Assembly: GCA_049972045.1 (NCBI GenBank)
Contig: JBMFKS010000001.1
Coordinates: 11,536-75,535 of the forward strand
Reading direction: 5' to 3'
DNA: 64,000 nt
From: Anaerolineae bacterium
GTDB taxonomy: Bacteria; Chloroflexota; Anaerolineae; B4-G1; DUEL01
Below the pieces are notes generated by a model. That model did no database searches, had not been told where the DNA came from, and saw only the letters and a list, made by a program, of their open reading frames with translations. A program made the translations under genes and the position numbers. This document shows, piece by piece, positions 6,310-15,720 of the stretch. The number at the start of each line of letters is the position of its first letter. Positions within the stretch are counted from its first letter, which is position 1.

Positions 6310-9030
6310 ATGCCCCCTCTGCAGATGACCGTCAACGGCCAGGCAGTGAGCCTGGATGTGCCCGAGGGCCGTACTCTCGCCGACGTCCTCCGCTATGATT
6401 TGGGCCTCACCGGCACCAAAATCGGCTGCGGCGAAGGGGCCTGTGGCGCTTGCACCGTGCTGGTGAATGACAAACCCGTCCGCTCGTGCCGCTTCCCGGC
6501 CCTCCGGGCCCAGGGCGCCCAGGTCCTCACTATTGAGGGTGTCGCGCAGGGCGGCGTCCTCCACCCCCTCCAGGAAGCCTTCATTCGCTACGGCGCGCTC
6601 CAGTGCGGCTTCTGTACCCCTGGGATGGTGATGACCGCGCTGGGCCTCCTCCTGCGCAACCCCACCCCCACCGACGAGGAGATATTCGCCGCGCTGCGGC
6701 ACAACCTCTGCCGATGTACCGGCTACCGGAGCATCGTGGAAGCCGTCCGCGCGGCCGCCGGACGGGGCGGCGAGCCGTTGGTCCCCGCCACCCGCCCGCC
6801 GGGGCGCGTGGTGGGCCGGCCCCTCCCCCGCCCGGACGCCGTCGCCAAAGTGACCGGCGCCGCCCGCTACGCCGACGACCTGACCTTCCCCGGCATGCTC
6901 CACGGCGCCGTCCTGCGGGCCGGCATCCCCCATGCCCGCATCCGCCGCATAGACGTCTCCGAGGCCCGCGCGCTCCCCGGCGTCCACGCCGTTCTCACCG
7001 GGGAGAACGTCCCCGGCGAGAACCGCCACGGACTGGTCCACCGGGACTGGCCCGTCCTCTGCACCGACAAAGTCCGCTACGTGGGGGATGCGGTCGCGCT
7101 GGTGGCAGCGGAGAGCCCAGAGGCCGCCCGGCAGGCGCTGGAGCACATCCAGGTGGAATACGAGCCGCTGCCGGTGGTGGCGGACGTCTTCCAGGCCCGT
7201 CGTCCGGATGCCCCGCGCGTCCACGAAGACCACCCCGCCGGCAACCTGCTGGCGGAACTTCACGTCCGCCGGGGCGATCCGGAGCGGGGCTTTGCCGAAG
7301 CGGACAAGGTGATAGAGCGGACGTACCAGACTCCGGCTATAGACCACGCCTTTCTGGAGCCGGAGTGTGCGGTCGCCCGGCGCGGGGAGGACGGGCGGAT
7401 GGAGGTGTACGTCGGTTCGCAGATTCCCCATGCCGACCGGGCCCAGATCGCCGCCGCGCTGGGGGAGGACGTCCGGGTGATCGCCACGACGATGGGCGGC
7501 GGGTTCGGCGGCAAGGAGGACATCGCCGGGCAGATTCACGCCGCGCTGCTGGCCCAGGCCACCAGCCGGCCCGTCAAGCTCCGTTACAGCCGGGCCGAAT
7601 CGCTGCTGGCCCACCCCAAGCGGCACGCGATGGTCATCCGGGTGCGATTGGGCGCCCGGCGGGACGGTCGCCTGGTCGCCCTGGAGAGCGAAATCTGGGC
7701 CGACACGGGCGCCTACGCCAGCCTGGGGACAAAGGTGCTGGCCCGCGCCGTCAGCCACGCCGGGGGGCCATACGAGGTCCCCAACGTCCGCATAGACGGC
7801 TATCTCTACTACACCAACAACCCACCCGCCGGGGCATTTCGCGGCTTCGGTGTCCCTCAGGTCGCCTTCGCCCTGGAGAGCGCGCTGGACGAACTGGCCC
7901 ACGAACTGGGGATGGACCCCATCGCCATCCGGCGGCGGAACCTCCTGCGGGTGGGCTCCGTCACCTGCACCGGGCAACGGCTGCGGGAGAGTGTGGGGCT
8001 GGAGGAGTGCCTGGACCGGGTGGAGGCGGAGATTCGCCGGGAGCAGGGGCTGGGGCCGGGGGAGCCGCTCCGCTGGGGGTGGCGGGAGGGGGAGCGGGCG
8101 CTGGGCTGGGGGATCGCGCTGGCCTACAAGAACACCGGCCTGGGCGGCGGCGCCGCCGATTTCGCCATTGCCGAGGTGGAATTGACCGAAGAGGGCGGGG
8201 CCGAAGTGCGCGTCGGTTCGGCGGAGATGGGGCAGGGGCTACCCACGGTCCTGGCGGCCATCGTCGCCGAGGAACTGGGCGTGCCCCCCGAACGGGTTCG
8301 GGTCGTCCCGCCGGATACAGACCGGACCCCCGACGGCGGTCCCACCACCGCCTCCCGCCAGACCTTCGTCTCCGGCAACGCGGTGCGGCTGGCGGCGGTC
8401 CGGCTGCGGGAGCAGATCGCCGCCGTGGTGAGCGAACGGCTGGACCTCCCGCCGGAAGCGCTGGAGTTCCGGGACGGGGCCGTCGCCACGCCGCGCGGGG
8501 AAATCCCGCTGGGGGAGGCCGTCCGGTGGGCGCGGGCGGAAGGGCACCCCACCCTCATCCGACACCGGTACGACATGCCGCCCACCCGGCCCGTGGACCA
8601 GGAGGGGGATACCTACGTGGCCTACAGTTTCGCCGCCCACGCCGCGCTGGTGGAAGTAGACGAGGGGAAGGGCACCCTTCGGGTGCGGAAGATGGTCGTC
8701 GCCCACGACGTGGGGCGGGCGATCAACCCGCTGGCGCTGGAGGGGCAGATTGAGGGCGGGATCGTCATGGGGCTGGGGATGGCGCTGAAGGAGGCGTTCG
8801 TCCTGGAGGGCGGCGTCCCCCGGACGCGCAAACTGGCCGATTGTCGCCTGCCCACGCTGGCGGACGTGCCGGAGATCGTCTCATTCGTCGTGGAGCATCC
8901 CCGTTCGGAGGGGCCCTACGGGGCCAAGGGGGTCGGCGAACTGCCGACGATTCCGGTGGCCCCGGCGGTCGCCAACGGGGTCTATCATGCGGTGGGGGCC
9001 CGCATCCGGCGGTTGCCGCTGAAGCCGTAG
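6310..9030 (+). CDS. xanthine dehydrogenase-family molybdoenzyme with fused N-terminal [2Fe-2S] domain (MOP-like aldehyde oxidoreductase)
   Basis: The N-terminus carries two 2Fe-2S motifs (CGEGACGACTV; CGFCTPGMVM...CRCTGY). It is followed by ~740 aa of molybdopterin-binding aldehyde oxidase/XDH domains. 906 aa, no FAD subunit gene adjacent. Confidence 0.85.
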   Translation: MPPLQMTVNGQAVSLDVPEGRTLADVLRYDLGLTGTKIGCGEGACGACTVLVNDKPVRSCRFPALRAQGAQVLTIEGVAQGGVLHPLQEAFIRYGALQCGFCTPGMVMTALGLLLRNPTPTDEEIFAALRHNLCRCTGYRSIVEAVRAAAGRGGEPLVPATRPPGRVVGRPLPRPDAVAKVTGAARYADDLTFPGMLHGAVLRAGIPHARIRRIDVSEARALPGVHAVLTGENVPGENRHGLVHRDWPVLCTDKVRYVGDAVALVAAESPEAARQALEHIQVEYEPLPVVADVFQARRPDAPRVHEDHPAGNLLAELHVRRGDPERGFAEADKVIERTYQTPAIDHAFLEPECAVARRGEDGRMEVYVGSQIPHADRAQIAAALGEDVRVIATTMGGGFGGKEDIAGQIHAALLAQATSRPVKLRYSRAESLLAHPKRHAMVIRVRLGARRDGRLVALESEIWADTGAYASLGTKVLARAVSHAGGPYEVPNVRIDGYLYYTNNPPAGAFRGFGVPQVAFALESALDELAHELGMDPIAIRRRNLLRVGSVTCTGQRLRESVGLEECLDRVEAEIRREQGLGPGEPLRWGWREGERALGWGIALAYKNTGLGGGAADFAIAEVELTEEGGAEVRVGSAEMGQGLPTVLAAIVAEELGVPPERVRVVPPDTDRTPDGGPTTASRQTFVSGNAVRLAAVRLREQIAAVVSERLDLPPEALEFRDGAVATPRGEIPLGEAVRWARAEGHPTLIRHRYDMPPTRPVDQEGDTYVAYSFAAHAALVEVDEGKGTLRVRKMVVAHDVGRAINPLALEGQIEGGIVMGLGMALKEAFVLEGGVPRTRKLADCRLPTLADVPEIVSFVVEHPRSEGPYGAKGVGELPTIPVAPAVANGVYHAVGARIRRLPLKP

Positions 9031-9088
9031 GGGGTGCGGCGGCGGCCCTGCGGGCCGCCGCCGCAAAAACTCGGGGAGGCCAACAAGG

Positions 9089-9667
9089 TTACTCCCCCTT
9101 CCCGGCCTGCTCCTGGGCATAGTCAGTGGGGTGAATCCGCGCGTCATACGAGGCCGGACGGCGCAGTTTCTCCAGGTTCAGCAGCAGGTCGGCCCGGTCA
9201 AACGCGGCAATCTCTATCTCGTGCCCCATCTTGATGGCGTCAAAGGGGCAGAACTCCGCGCAGAAGCCACAGTTCATGCAGATGCTGATGTCCACGTAGA
9301 ACTCCGCCGGTTCCCGCAGCGGCTTTCCCGTCTGCGGGTCCGTGGCGCGGACGATCCAGATGCACTGGGGCGGGCAGACCCGCGCGCAGGTCCCACAGGC
9401 CGTACAGCGCAGTTTCCCCGTCTCGTCGTCATAGACCAGGAAGGGGAAGCCCCGGAACCGTTCCGGCAGCGGCAGCCGCTCCGCCGGATACTGCACCGTG
9501 AAGATGCCCCGCTTGGTCAGGGGGTGCTGACGGACCGGTAACGTCTCCGGCGTGTACCGTTTCCCGAAGCCCTTCGTGAACAGCCACTTCAGGTCGTCTA
9601 TGTAGGTCTCCACGAACCGGCGGAAGGTGATCCAGAGAGCCTTGAGGATGTTCCATCCGATGTACAT
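9089..9667 (-). CDS. nuoI: NADH-quinone oxidoreductase subunit I (2x[4Fe-4S] ferredoxin)
   Basis: MYIGWNILKALWITFRRF...CTACGTCARVCP...CMNCGFCAEFCP is the typical NuoI/TYKY fold. Start chosen at MYIGW. Confidence 0.8.
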   Translation of the reverse strand: MYIGWNILKALWITFRRFVETYIDDLKWLFTKGFGKRYTPETLPVRQHPLTKRGIFTVQYPAERLPLPERFRGFPFLVYDDETGKLRCTACGTCARVCPPQCIWIVRATDPQTGKPLREPAEFYVDISICMNCGFCAEFCPFDAIKMGHEIEIAAFDRADLLLNLEKLRRPASYDARIHPTDYAQEQAGKGE

Positions 9668-9687
9668 AGGTCTAACCTCGCACAGAA

Positions 9688-10230
9688 TCAGTAGGGGGAG
9701 GAATTTTCCGGCGCGATTTCCTGCAACTTCTTCCACGCTTCTTCCCCAGTCAGCCCCACCATCTCTTCCCAGGGCACTTTCGCCCGCTCTCTCCGGATAA
9801 CCTCCCGGAGTTCGGGCGTGGCACGGCTCTCCATCTCCGTGAGAAAGCGCAACATCTCGTCCACCATCTCCTGGCTGACCCTCACCGTCTCTCCCTTTCC
9901 GTCCAGCAGGGCTTCTACAGCAGGCGAGTATAGATCAATGACCCGCCAGGTCAGCCGATACATCGTTGCATCGTACCAGATCAGCCGGACCAATTCGTCC
10001 CAGTAGGTATGGCCGAGGTTCATGTAATGCTGCCCGGTGGGATTGGAGGCAAGGAGTTCGCTGCGGAAGCGATCAAAGAGATGACCCGTTCGGACAATTT
10101 TGTCAATGGGAGGGATGCATATCTCCCCCTCGGCATACAGGCGAGGCAGGGGGAGCATCCATCCCAGAAGGATCCCCAGAAAGATCAGCCCAAAGGCCGA
10201 GAATATCCTCTTCCATCTGCGCGGGAGCAT
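9688..10230 (-). CDS. hypothetical membrane-anchored protein
   Basis: MLPRRWKRIFSAFGLIFLGILLGW N-terminal TM then a soluble domain; GGAAAGGGGGA RBS. No recognisable family. Sits between nuoCD and nuoI. Confidence 0.45.
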   Translation of the reverse strand: MLPRRWKRIFSAFGLIFLGILLGWMLPLPRLYAEGEICIPPIDKIVRTGHLFDRFRSELLASNPTGQHYMNLGHTYWDELVRLIWYDATMYRLTWRVIDLYSPAVEALLDGKGETVRVSQEMVDEMLRFLTEMESRATPELREVIRRERAKVPWEEMVGLTGEEAWKKLQEIAPENSSPY

Positions 10231-10272
10231 CTTGTCCCCCTTTCCACACCGGAAGCAGAAGGCCATCCGGCA

Positions 10273-12030
10273 CTACCGGTCCACCTCACCCAGCGTAATG
10301 TCAATGCTGGCCAGAATGATGACCACGTCAGCGATGAGGTGGCCTCGGCAGATTTCCCCCATCACGCCCAGGTTGACGAACGAGGGGGCGCGGATGTGGT
10401 AGCGGTACGGGTTGGGGCCGCCGTCGGAGACCACGTAGAAGCCCAATTCGCCCTTCGGGGCCTCAATGCGACCGTACGCCTCCCCCGCCGGGACCTTGAG
10501 GGTCGCCGACTTCTTCCCGGCCATGATGGGCCCATCGGGCAGGCGGTTGAGGGCCTGCTGGAGGATGCGCAGGCTCTGGCGCATCTCCCCCAGCCGCACC
10601 AGATACCGGGCATAGACATCGCCGTCCGGTGCCGTGATGATGTCAAAATCAAAATCGTCGTAAGCCGCATAGGGTTCGGCCCGCCGGACGTCATAGGGGA
10701 TGCCCGAACCCCGCAGCATGGGCCCCGTGCAGCCGTAGGCGACGGCCATCTCCGGTGGCAGGACCCCCACGCCCACGGTCCGGGCCCGGAAGATTTCGTT
10801 GTCCGTCAGGTACTGGTCCACCATGTCCACCACCCGCGGCAACCGCTCAAAGGCCAGCGCGCGGGCCAGAGCCACCGCCTCCTCGCTCATATCGTGGGCC
10901 ACCCCGCCGAAGCGCATGTAGTTGGACATCAGTCGGGAGCCAGCGACCATCTCAAAGAGGTCCAGGATATGCTCCCGCTCCTCCAGGGCGTAGAGCATCA
11001 GGGTAAAGTAGACCCCCATATCGTTGCACATAAAGCCGACGGAGACGGCGTGGTTGAGGAAGCGGGTGAATTCGGACATGATGACCCGGATGTATTGGGC
11101 CCGGGGCGGCGGCTCCACCCCCAGCAGTTTCTCCACCGCCAGGACGTAGGGGAGTTCGTTGGTCATACAACAGACGTAGTCCAGCCGGTCGGTGTAGGGG
11201 ATGTTGCCCAGCCAGAGGTTGCGCTCGCCGATTTTCTCGTGGCAGCGGTGGAGGAAACCCATCATCGGCTCCAGTTTGACGATGCGCTCCCCCTCCAGAG
11301 TCGCCAGCAGGCGAAGAACGCCGTGAGTGGAGGGATGATGGGGCCCCATGTTGAGCACCACCCGCTCCGCCGGATGGTCGGGGTTCTCCTGCCGGGCCAG
11401 TTCGTCGTGGGGCCCGTATCCCCAGACGTCCACCAGCGGGCGCCAATCGCGCGGCGACCAGCCGGGCGGATAGCGGAGATTATCGCCGAAGGGGCTGCGG
11501 CTCTCCGCCGGCACGGGGCGCCCTTCCGGGAAGCGACTGCTGAAGGGCTTGTGCTCTTCCTCGTAGTAGACCTCCTTCCAATCCTTTCGCAGGGGATGCC
11601 CGTCAAACCCCTCCCAGAGGAGGATACGGCGCAGGTCCGGATGCCCCTCAAAGCGGACCCCCATCAGGTCCCAGGCCTCCCGCTCCTGAACAAGGGCGGA
11701 AGGGAAGAGAGGGGATAGAGAAGGGACAACGGGGTTCTCCCGGTCGGCGTGGACGTGGAGGGTGAGCGGCCCCCCCCGGCCCTGGAAGAAGTGGTAGACC
11801 ACGTCGTAGCAGGCGGGCATCCCGTTCATGGGCTGGGGGTAGTCCACCGCGGTGACGTTGGAGAGATACAGGTATCCCAGTTCATCCCGCAGGTACGCGG
11901 CGACCTCCCGCAAGTGCTCCCTTGCCACGACAGCCCCCTGGTAGGGCGATGGGGCGGGCTGTACGGCATCCGGGAATCGTTCCTGAAGGTGGGTGATGAG
12001 GTCGGTAACAGGCCCGATGGATTCGTTCAT
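10273..12030 (-). CDS. nuoD: fused NADH-quinone oxidoreductase subunits C/D (NuoCD)
   Basis: 585 aa. The N-terminal 30-kDa (NuoC) domain is followed by a 49-kDa domain (LNMGPHHPSTHGVLRL, C-terminal ...RAPSFVNL). No NiFe cysteine motifs, so not a hydrogenase large subunit. Confidence 0.85.
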   Translation of the reverse strand: MNESIGPVTDLITHLQERFPDAVQPAPSPYQGAVVAREHLREVAAYLRDELGYLYLSNVTAVDYPQPMNGMPACYDVVYHFFQGRGGPLTLHVHADRENPVVPSLSPLFPSALVQEREAWDLMGVRFEGHPDLRRILLWEGFDGHPLRKDWKEVYYEEEHKPFSSRFPEGRPVPAESRSPFGDNLRYPPGWSPRDWRPLVDVWGYGPHDELARQENPDHPAERVVLNMGPHHPSTHGVLRLLATLEGERIVKLEPMMGFLHRCHEKIGERNLWLGNIPYTDRLDYVCCMTNELPYVLAVEKLLGVEPPPRAQYIRVIMSEFTRFLNHAVSVGFMCNDMGVYFTLMLYALEEREHILDLFEMVAGSRLMSNYMRFGGVAHDMSEEAVALARALAFERLPRVVDMVDQYLTDNEIFRARTVGVGVLPPEMAVAYGCTGPMLRGSGIPYDVRRAEPYAAYDDFDFDIITAPDGDVYARYLVRLGEMRQSLRILQQALNRLPDGPIMAGKKSATLKVPAGEAYGRIEAPKGELGFYVVSDGGPNPYRYHIRAPSFVNLGVMGEICRGHLIADVVIILASIDITLGEVDR

Positions 12031-12110
12031 TCTCAGAACTCCTCGGATAGGGATAAGGGATCAGGCTTCCTGCAACAACTTTTGGAGAAGAGCGGCGTCC
12101 GGTTTACACT

Positions 12111-13115
12111 CTACGTAGATGACCACGACTCCTTGTCCACCAGAAGGTGAAGGTTGAAGAAAATGTCGGCTAAGTCCAGGTCTAACACCTTTTCCAGTTC
12201 TTCTTTCCCCGCAATGGGTCTGACCATTGTCTGGTCTTCCCGGAAGTACGTCACGAAAACAGCCAACTCTTCCGCCGGTGTTTTCTCCAGGAGAGGGATC
12301 AGAAGGTAAGGATTGTGGGTGGAGATGAAGTACTGATTGGAATCATCCAGCGCGATGCGCTCCGCCAGGTATTTGGTGTAGTACGGGAAGGCGTGGGATT
12401 CCGGCTCCTCAAGGATCAGGACCGATTCCTGATTGGTCTCCATCGCGGCGAGATAAAAGGCTATCCGGCGGAGCGTGTCCGAGACTATGGTGTAGGGAAG
12501 GGAAACAATGACCTCTCCCACTTCTTTTTGGACACTCAACTGGTCTCCCCGGTATCCAACCACCAGCCTTAAATTGAAGGGAGCGAACAGGTCTCCAAGG
12601 GACTTCCGCAACTCCGGGTTGACCAGCAAAAGATAGGGCAGGTTCTCCCCATAGGGTGGAAGAAGGAAAGAGGCAGGTATCCGCCGAAACTGGGATGTGG
12701 GGGAAAAACGGTAAAACTTATGCGGATTATGCGGAGAAAGCACCGGAAATATGCTTACTCTGCGATCGGTAAAATCAAAATTATAAGGAACAGCCTCAGC
12801 ACCTATAAAGGTTTCCAACTCCATCTCTCCCTTAGAGGTGCCTTCCCGTTCATTAAAACGAAGATGGAAAGAAGATTGCCCCGCCCGAATGGTGATTTCG
12901 TCTCGCAAATTATGGTTGTAGAACAGATCCGTCATCTCCTCCATGCGGACGAAATCTCCGAAGTCTCCCGTGAAGGGCGCGGAGAATATCCCCAGGCTTT
13001 CCAGGATATTGGACTTGCCGGTGTTGGGCTCGCCGATGAAGACGTTGACCCGCCGGCAGTCTATCCGCAGATGCCGGATGGATTTGAAGTTCTGGATTTC
13101 CAGTGTTTGAATCAT
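12111..13115 (-). CDS. stand-alone AAA/ABC-type P-loop ATPase (OLD/RecF/AAA_21-like)
   Basis: MIQTLEIQNFKSIRHLRIDCRRVNVFIGEPNTGKSNILESLGIF is a Walker A; C-terminal VLILEEPESHAFP is a Walker B/D-loop region. Noticeably lower GC than its flanks. Confidence 0.6.
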   Translation of the reverse strand: MIQTLEIQNFKSIRHLRIDCRRVNVFIGEPNTGKSNILESLGIFSAPFTGDFGDFVRMEEMTDLFYNHNLRDEITIRAGQSSFHLRFNEREGTSKGEMELETFIGAEAVPYNFDFTDRRVSIFPVLSPHNPHKFYRFSPTSQFRRIPASFLLPPYGENLPYLLLVNPELRKSLGDLFAPFNLRLVVGYRGDQLSVQKEVGEVIVSLPYTIVSDTLRRIAFYLAAMETNQESVLILEEPESHAFPYYTKYLAERIALDDSNQYFISTHNPYLLIPLLEKTPAEELAVFVTYFREDQTMVRPIAGKEELEKVLDLDLADIFFNLHLLVDKESWSST

Positions 13116-13186
13116 AGACCGACCTGAGCCGGGCCGGAATCCGGGCGTCCGCTGTACCCGGGCCTGCACCACTACCGCAGGCGGAT

Positions 13187-13807
13187 TTACCCCTCCGCTT
13201 CCTGCGGCATCGCCTCTATCTGTTCCGTCAATCGCCAGTCCACCAGGTCGGGGCCCAATTCGGGGACGGGGATGGGCTCCGGAGCCACGCCCTTCTTGTA
13301 CCAACGCAGGTCGCGGAGGGACTCCTTCTCCATCTTGGCGTGAATGGTCAAGAAGCCATGGAGCAGCGCTTCGGGGCGGGGCGGGCAGCCGGGGACGTAG
13401 ACATCTACCGGGAGATATTTGTCGATGCCGGAGACGACGTTATACCCTTCCTTGAAGGGGCCGCCGGAGATGGCGCAGGCGCCCATCACCAGGACGTACT
13501 TCGGCTCCGGCATCTGATTGTAGAGGCGGACCACCTGGGGGAGCATCTTCTTCGTCACCGTGCCGTTGATAATCATCAGGTCGGCCTGGCGGGGACTGGC
13601 CCGCATGATTTCCATCCCGAAGCGGGAGGGGTCAAAGCGGGCGGCGAAGGTGCCGATCATCTCAAAGGCACAGCAGGCCAGGCCGAAGAAGATGGGCCAG
13701 AGGGAGCGCCTGCGCGCCCAGTTGTAGATGACATCTATGGGGGTGATGTGAACAGTACCGACCAGTTCGGGGGGAATTTCCGGCAACTCTCTCTTGCGGG
13801 GTGACAT
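13187..13807 (-). CDS. nuoB: NADH-quinone oxidoreductase subunit B (20 kDa, [4Fe-4S] N2)
   Basis: ...LWPIFFGLACCAFEM...GACAISGGPF...VYVPGCPPRPEALL are canonical NuoB cysteines. GGAGGAAAC RBS before the ATG at 13807. Confidence 0.85.
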   Translation of the reverse strand: MSPRKRELPEIPPELVGTVHITPIDVIYNWARRRSLWPIFFGLACCAFEMIGTFAARFDPSRFGMEIMRASPRQADLMIINGTVTKKMLPQVVRLYNQMPEPKYVLVMGACAISGGPFKEGYNVVSGIDKYLPVDVYVPGCPPRPEALLHGFLTIHAKMEKESLRDLRWYKKGVAPEPIPVPELGPDLVDWRLTEQIEAMPQEAEG

Positions 13808-13997
13808 TGGGACGTTTCCTCCGGTTGAGATAGATCGGGTCGGCTCAAACGGGTTATATTTTACATCGGAGTTCCCAAACGCGCAACTGCCGACGAGATC
13901 CGTCGCCAGCGCCCCTTGCCCCCGCCGATTCCCCATGGTATAATCCGGCCATCCGAGAAAAGTCGCAGACCGAGCATCCCCATCCGAAAGGAGTCCT

Positions 13998-14657
13998 GTG
14001 GAAGCAATAGAAACCGCCATCGTGGAATTTCTTCATTCTGTGCTCAATGCTATCGGCTGGCCAGGAGTCGTGCTGATTATGGCGCTGGAGAGCGCCAACA
14101 TTCCCATCCCCAGCGAAGTGACGATGCCGCTGGCCGGATGGATGCTGGTTCAGGCGAAAGGACTCCCCTTCTGGCGCGCGGCGCTGGACGGCGGCCTGTT
14201 CGGCGCGCTGGGATGCACCATCGGCTCCATCGCTTCCTACTTGCTGGGGCTGTGGGGAGGGCGGCCTTTCCTCCAACGGTGGGGCTGGTACATCCTCATC
14301 TCCCCGCACGACCTGGAGCAGGCCGACCGCTGGTTTGCCCGCTGGGGCGACTGGGCCGTCTTCATCTCCCGCCTCCTGCCCATCGTGCGCACATTCATCT
14401 CCTTCCCGGCCGGCATTGTCCGGGTTCCGTTCGTCCGGTTCACCGTTCTCAGTTTCATCGGCTCCTTCATCTGGTGCGCGGCGCTGGCCATCGCAGGCTA
14501 CGCCTTCGGGAGCGAGTGGGAACGCATCCGGGAAATCATGCGCCCCTTTGATATTCCCATCGCCATCGCTATGCTGGCCGGCCTGGGTTATTACATCTAC
14601 CGGCACATCCGCCGGGCTCAAACCCCTCTTCTCCCCGAAGAGGGCGAACCGGCGTAA
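13998..14657 (+). CDS. DedA/SNARE-associated family membrane protein
   Basis: 219 aa, multi-TM, with the conserved DedA core motifs (LESANIPIPSEV...RLLPIVRTFISFPAG). Confidence 0.8.
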   Translation: MEAIETAIVEFLHSVLNAIGWPGVVLIMALESANIPIPSEVTMPLAGWMLVQAKGLPFWRAALDGGLFGALGCTIGSIASYLLGLWGGRPFLQRWGWYILISPHDLEQADRWFARWGDWAVFISRLLPIVRTFISFPAGIVRVPFVRFTVLSFIGSFIWCAALAIAGYAFGSEWERIREIMRPFDIPIAIAMLAGLGYYIYRHIRRAQTPLLPEEGEPA

Positions 14658-14748
14658 CCCTCCTCACCCCAACTCTTGGCTAACGGCTAACCAAGCCACT
14701 TGACACTTTTGTGCGCCGCTCACCACTCCGCCGCCCGGATGGTCATGG

Positions 14749-14821
14749 CGAGCCGCCCGAAGGGCGGCGAAGCGATCTCCAAAGCGCATCGGAGATTGCT
14801 TCGGGCGCTTCGCGCCCTCGC
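14749..14821. repeat. ~75-bp palindrome-containing repeat element (copy 1)
   Basis: gcgagccgcccgaagggcggcgaagcgatctcc...ggagattgcttcgggcgcttcgcgccctcgc. A second copy is at 52977-53052. Confidence 0.55.
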
Positions 14822-14887
14822 AATGACCCCTCCAGAGAAAACTGTCAGGTGGCTAGACGGCTAACCACTATCGGCTAACGGCTCATC

Positions 14888-15703
14888 ATGAACATCCTCC
14901 AGCACCTGCGAGAACTCTGGCAGTATCGGGACCTGGTCCGCAACCTGGTCATTCGGGACCTGAAGGCCCGTTATAAAAACTCCGTCCTGGGGGTGGCCTG
15001 GTCGTGGGTCAACCCCCTGATGATGATGGTGGTCTACACCGTTGTCTTTAACATCCTGGCGGGCCGTTCCAACCTCCGGAATTATCCGGTCTTCATCCTC
15101 TGTGCCCTATTGCCCTGGAACTTCTTTGCCAACGCCGTCTCCCAGGCGACCAATAGCATCGTGGACGCGGCACCTCTGGTCAAAAAAGTCTATTTCCCCC
15201 GGGAGGTACTCCCCCTCTCCGCCGTACTGAGCAACATGGTTCATTTCCTCATCTCCCTTCCCGTCTTCTTCCTCCTGGCCCTGGCGATGGGGAATCCGCT
15301 GACTGGCTGGGCCCTCCTCTTCCCCATCACCCTCGCAATTCAGGTGATGTTCACCGTCGGCGTCAGTTTCATCACCGCCACCCTGAATGTCTTCTACCGG
15401 GACACCCGGCTGATTATGGACGTGCTCCTGCTGGCCTGGTTCTTCCTCACCCCCATCTTCTACCCCCTCACCACGGTGCCGGAGCAGTACGTCCTCTGGG
15501 GCGTCTCCATCAACGTGCGGGCATGGCTGTTGCGGCTGAACCCGATGGCCTCCATCATCTCCTCATACCGCGACCTTCTGTACTGGGGAGTCTCCACTGC
15601 CTGGGACTTTCTTCTGCGGACGGCGGTGACATCGCTCATCGTCCTGGTCATTGGCTACCTGATCTTCCTGCGGTACAGTCCCCGGTTCGGGGAAGAGGTG
15701 TGA
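14888..15703 (+). CDS. ABC-2 type transporter permease (polysaccharide/teichoic-acid exporter-like)
   Basis: 271 aa, 6 TM. The N-terminal motif LKARYKNSVLGVAWSWVNPL is typical of the KpsM/TagG/Wzm family. No cognate ATPase adjacent. Confidence 0.75.
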   Translation: MNILQHLRELWQYRDLVRNLVIRDLKARYKNSVLGVAWSWVNPLMMMVVYTVVFNILAGRSNLRNYPVFILCALLPWNFFANAVSQATNSIVDAAPLVKKVYFPREVLPLSAVLSNMVHFLISLPVFFLLALAMGNPLTGWALLFPITLAIQVMFTVGVSFITATLNVFYRDTRLIMDVLLLAWFFLTPIFYPLTTVPEQYVLWGVSINVRAWLLRLNPMASIISSYRDLLYWGVSTAWDFLLRTAVTSLIVLVIGYLIFLRYSPRFGEEV

Positions 15704-15720
15704 CAAAGATCGCCTCTAGT

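Noticed and set aside
9036-9066. Intrinsic terminator between the MOP-like gene and nuoI
   Set aside because: A strong stem (GCGGCGGCGGCCC-tgc-GGGCCGCCGCCGC) is present. But the U-run precedes rather than follows the stem on the minus strand, and an A-run follows it on the plus strand. It is not a canonical terminator in either direction, so it is recorded only as a hairpin.
10273-12030. The nuoB/nuoCD/nuoI set could instead be an energy-converting [NiFe] hydrogenase (Ech/Mbh-type)
   Set aside because: The NuoD-like domain has LNMGPHHPSTHGVLRL and lacks the N-terminal RxCGxC and C-terminal DPCxxC NiFe-ligand motifs. No hydrogenase maturation genes are nearby.
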